In this document: in pieces, positions 61,183 through 64,000 of the stretch
Layout of the letters: each line of letters begins with the position of its first letter
Numbering within the stretch: position 1 is the first letter of the stretch
NCBI GenBank assembly: GCA_051252375.1
Contig: JBPOFY010000001.1
Span: forward strand, 608,001-672,000
Source: Opitutaceae bacterium
GTDB lineage: Bacteria; Verrucomicrobiota; Verrucomicrobiia; Opitutales; Coraliomargaritaceae
Direction of reading: 5' to 3'
DNA: 64,000 nucleotides
Notes under the pieces: model-generated
What the model saw: the letters and a program-made list of their open reading frames with translations, nothing else
What the model was told of the DNA's origin: nothing
Databases searched by the model: none
Program-made: the position numbers and the translations under genes

Positions 61183-62616
61183 ATGCCTGAGAAAACCCCC
61201 ACACTTGTATGGTTCCGAAAAGATCTGCGTCTCGCTGACAACACTGCTTTGGCGGCTGCGATTGAAGCGGGTGGACCGATTATACCTGTTTTCGTTTGGT
61301 CGGAGAAAGAGTATGGAGCCTGGTCCCCCGGGGCGGCTTCACGGTGGTGGCTGCATCAGGCTCTCAAGAGTCTGAGTGATCAGTGGAATGTGAAGGGCGG
61401 GCAGTTGATTCTACGTGAGGGTGACTCACTCGAAGTGCTTCGCGCACTCATTCGAGAGACGGGGGCGACTCGTGTATTTTGGAATCGTCGCTACGAGCCG
61501 CCGCTGCGCGAATTAGACATCGGTATCAAGCGCGCTTTGCGAGAAGACGGTGTCGAGGTCGAAAGCTTTAACAGCTCACTATTGAATGAACCTCATACGG
61601 CGAGCACGGGTAGTGGGCAGCCTTATAAGGTCTACACGCCTTATTGGAAGAAGGTGAAGGATCGCGAGATTGAGCCCTTGGCTGAGTCGGCTCTACAAGC
61701 GTATCTGTTTCCCGATCAATTCCCGAGTTCAGTGCCTTTGCAGGCTTTTAAACTTTTGCCGGAGATCGCATGGGATGCTGGGTTCTATGATCGCTGGGAT
61801 GTTTCTGAGGCGGGCGCGATGAAGCGCTTAAGCGATTTTCTCGCTGGACCAGTCGACCAATACGCCACGGATAGAGATCGACCGGACTACGAGGGCACCT
61901 CGTCGCTTTCACCCTACTTGCAATGGGGACAAATCGGTCCGCGCCAGATTGTGCATCAGCTCAAAGCAAAATGTGACCTTACGCAGAAAGGTCCGCTGAC
62001 TTACTTGAAAGAAGTCTATTGGCGCGAGTTTGCTTACAATGTGCTCTATCATTTTCCGCAGACTCCCGATCAACCGCTGCGGGCAGAGTATGCCGATTTC
62101 CCTTGGGAGCACGATGCCTCTACATTGAAGGCCTGGCAAACAGGGCATACGGGGTATCCGATTGTCGATGCGGGCATGCGACAACTTTGGGCGACTGGGT
62201 GGATGCACAACCGAGTGCGCATGATCGTCTCTTCGCTTTTGGTGAAACATCTTCTGCATAATTGGCAGGAGGGCGCAAAGTGGTTTTGGGATACACTGGT
62301 CGATGCCGACCTTGCGAGTAACACGCTAGGCTGGCAGTGGAGCGGTGGTTGCGGGGCCGATGCGGCACCGTATTTCCGTGTTTTTAACCCGATTATCCAA
62401 GGGCAGAAGTTTGATCCGGAGGGGGACTACGTCCGACGTTGGGTGCCAGAGATCCGGAAGCTGCCGAGCACGTTCATACACACTCCATGGGAGGCGCCGG
62501 ACGGCGTCTTGGAGTATGCTGGTGTGGCGATCGGAGACACTTATCCTGCGCCTATAATCGACCATAAAGCTGGGCGTGAGCGAGCACTGGCAGCACTGGC
62601 CCAGTTTAAAGCTTAA
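61183..62616 (+). CDS. phrB: CPD photolyase (class I/III)
   Basis: WFRKDLRLADN, SSLSPYL, WREF, TGYPIVDAGMRQL, WMHNRVRM, DAAPYFRVFNP; start 61183 (alternative 61174). Confidence 0.95.
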   Translation: MPEKTPTLVWFRKDLRLADNTALAAAIEAGGPIIPVFVWSEKEYGAWSPGAASRWWLHQALKSLSDQWNVKGGQLILREGDSLEVLRALIRETGATRVFWNRRYEPPLRELDIGIKRALREDGVEVESFNSSLLNEPHTASTGSGQPYKVYTPYWKKVKDREIEPLAESALQAYLFPDQFPSSVPLQAFKLLPEIAWDAGFYDRWDVSEAGAMKRLSDFLAGPVDQYATDRDRPDYEGTSSLSPYLQWGQIGPRQIVHQLKAKCDLTQKGPLTYLKEVYWREFAYNVLYHFPQTPDQPLRAEYADFPWEHDASTLKAWQTGHTGYPIVDAGMRQLWATGWMHNRVRMIVSSLLVKHLLHNWQEGAKWFWDTLVDADLASNTLGWQWSGGCGADAAPYFRVFNPIIQGQKFDPEGDYVRRWVPEIRKLPSTFIHTPWEAPDGVLEYAGVAIGDTYPAPIIDHKAGRERALAALAQFKA

Positions 62617-62629
62617 CCGTATCCTTATA

Positions 62630-63523
62630 ATGAAAACTATTTTAGTCACTGGAGCCTCCGGCTTAATTGGTAAACCACTATGCGCAGCACTCACGCATCG
62701 CGGGTATGTCGTGAGAACTTTATCACGGGGCGACCGTGGCGATTTCCAATGGGATGCTTCAAAGTGGCTGATTGATTCTGAGGCACTGAGCGGGGTGGAT
62801 GCGGTAGTGCATCTTGCAGGGGAATCGGTGGTGCAACGCTGGACCGATGGCGCCAAAGCGCGCATAATGAATAGTCGGGTGCAAGGCACCAAGCTGTTGG
62901 TCGAGGCCATGCTCCGGCAAAGTAAGCCACCAGTATTAGTCGCTGCCTCTGGTATAAGTTTTTACGGATATCAATGCTCAGAGCTTGTGGATGAGAGCTC
63001 CGTTATGGGTGCAGGATTTCTTGCTGAAGTGACTCGTCAATGGGAGGGAGCCGCGCAACCGTTGGTTGAGCAAGGCGTCCGAGCGGTTTTTATGCGCACG
63101 GGTATTGTTTTATCGAAAGAAGGTGGCGCTTTGGCTAAGATGCTTCCGGCATTCAAAATGGGGCTCGGCGGGCGGATTGGTAGTGGGCAGCAAAAAATGA
63201 GTTGGATCGGATTGCCTGATATTGTGAATGCATACCTATTCGCACTTGAGAATGAAGCAGTCCGTGGACCGATCAATGCTGTGTCGCCGCAGCCGGTAAC
63301 GAATACAGAATTTACGCGAGTATTGGGGGCTGAGTTAGGACGCCCGACAGTTTTGCCGATACCTAAAGTGCTCTTGAAAGCGGTCTTTGGTGAAATGGCA
63401 CAGGAAACTATGCTGAGTGATCTCGGAGCTATGCCGAAGCGGCTACAGGAGTGCGGATTCTCGTGGGAATCGCCAACTATAGAGGAAGCTTTGCACTCTG
63501 CCTTAGCAAGTGATGATGTTTGA
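62630..63523 (+). CDS. TIGR01777 family oxidoreductase (SDR39U1/YfcH-like)
   Basis: TGASGLIG, HLAGE, GFLAEVTRQWE, RTGIVL..GGAL. Confidence 0.92.
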   Translation: MKTILVTGASGLIGKPLCAALTHRGYVVRTLSRGDRGDFQWDASKWLIDSEALSGVDAVVHLAGESVVQRWTDGAKARIMNSRVQGTKLLVEAMLRQSKPPVLVAASGISFYGYQCSELVDESSVMGAGFLAEVTRQWEGAAQPLVEQGVRAVFMRTGIVLSKEGGALAKMLPAFKMGLGGRIGSGQQKMSWIGLPDIVNAYLFALENEAVRGPINAVSPQPVTNTEFTRVLGAELGRPTVLPIPKVLLKAVFGEMAQETMLSDLGAMPKRLQECGFSWESPTIEEALHSALASDDV

Positions 63524-64000
63524 TGATTATGTATGACTACTTGATAATAGGTGCGGGGATCTCTGGTCTCATGTGCGCGGTTGAATTGAAGCAAGCGGGT
63601 CATTCCGTATGTGTGCTAGATAAGGGGCGTGGCTTTGGCGGTCGTATGGCAACTCGTCGTATGGCAGGTGGTCGCTTGGACCATGGGGCGCAGTTTTTTA
63701 CTGTGCGCGATTCGCGGTTGCAGCGGTATGTCGACCAATGGCTCGATGCAGGCGTCATCAAAGAATGGTTTCGACACGCGCCTGATGATTCGAGTGAAGC
63801 GGGGCACCCCCGGTATTGCGGAATCAATGGAATCACCGATTTGCCCAAACACTTAGCCGAGGGGCTCGAAGTTCACCGTTCGCAACAAGTCGTTTCCGTG
63901 GCTCGAGATGTTAATAAATGGCAAGTTCAGACGGCTACTGGGCAGGTGTATACCGCGGAGCAGCTGGTCTTGTCGGCGCCATTGCCACAGTCCCTTGGCT
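63523..64000 (+). CDS. Renalase-like FAD-dependent oxidoreductase (3' end outside window)
   Basis: Manual translation MIMYDYLIIGAGISGLMCA..LDKGRGFGGRMATRR..DHGAQFFT; TGATG coupling to previous stop; absent from the ORF track because it has no stop in the window. Confidence 0.88.
   Translation, partial: MIMYDYLIIGAGISGLMCAVELKQAGHSVCVLDKGRGFGGRMATRRMAGGRLDHGAQFFTVRDSRLQRYVDQWLDAGVIKEWFRHAPDDSSEAGHPRYCGINGITDLPKHLAEGLEVHRSQQVVSVARDVNKWQVQTATGQVYTAEQLVLSAPLPQSLG

Overview
Core-genome-like bacterial window of about 55 genes with no rRNA, tRNA, CRISPR or recognisable mobile element. Two PEP-CTERM proteins, a kinase-PEGA-FGE fusion, scarce Shine-Dalgarno sites and the overall gene content suggest Verrucomicrobiota, class Opitutia (Coraliomargarita/Lentimonas-like); this is an inference. 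Layout: (1) 1-12.9 kb, envelope glycosylation island with six GT-C-like membrane proteins (one partial), two polyprenol-phosphate GT2s, a GtrA flippase and two methyltransferases; (2) uvrC, cinA, holA and a PEP-CTERM gene with a sigma54-like promoter; (3) a PerR/Irr-like regulator heading sufC-sufB-sufD-sufT, with two TTAGAAT-N-ATTCTAA-type operators and degenerate 6-8-mer tandem repeats in every spacer; (4) rsmE, PAS-PP2C, dtd, thioredoxin, glpK, two histidine kinases and a divergent FIST protein; (5) a 1014-aa 2-oxoacid dehydrogenase fusing E1alpha, E1beta, lipoyl and E2 domains; (6) queF, lysS, a probable 6S RNA before rny, prlC, a MECR-like reductase and a hybrid kinase; (7) leuA with an unannotated Leu-rich leader-peptide attenuator, stand-alone coaC, a pseudokinase-PEGA-FGE protein, purB and PPi-PFK; (8) pnuC-nadR, thrH, DUF3127, nitroreductase and a photolyase-TIGR01777-renalase cluster. 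Most notable: the E1-E2 fusion, the repeat arrays abutting start codons, the PerR/Irr-suf module, the GT-C island and the leu attenuator. All calls come from motif reading by eye; no searches were run.
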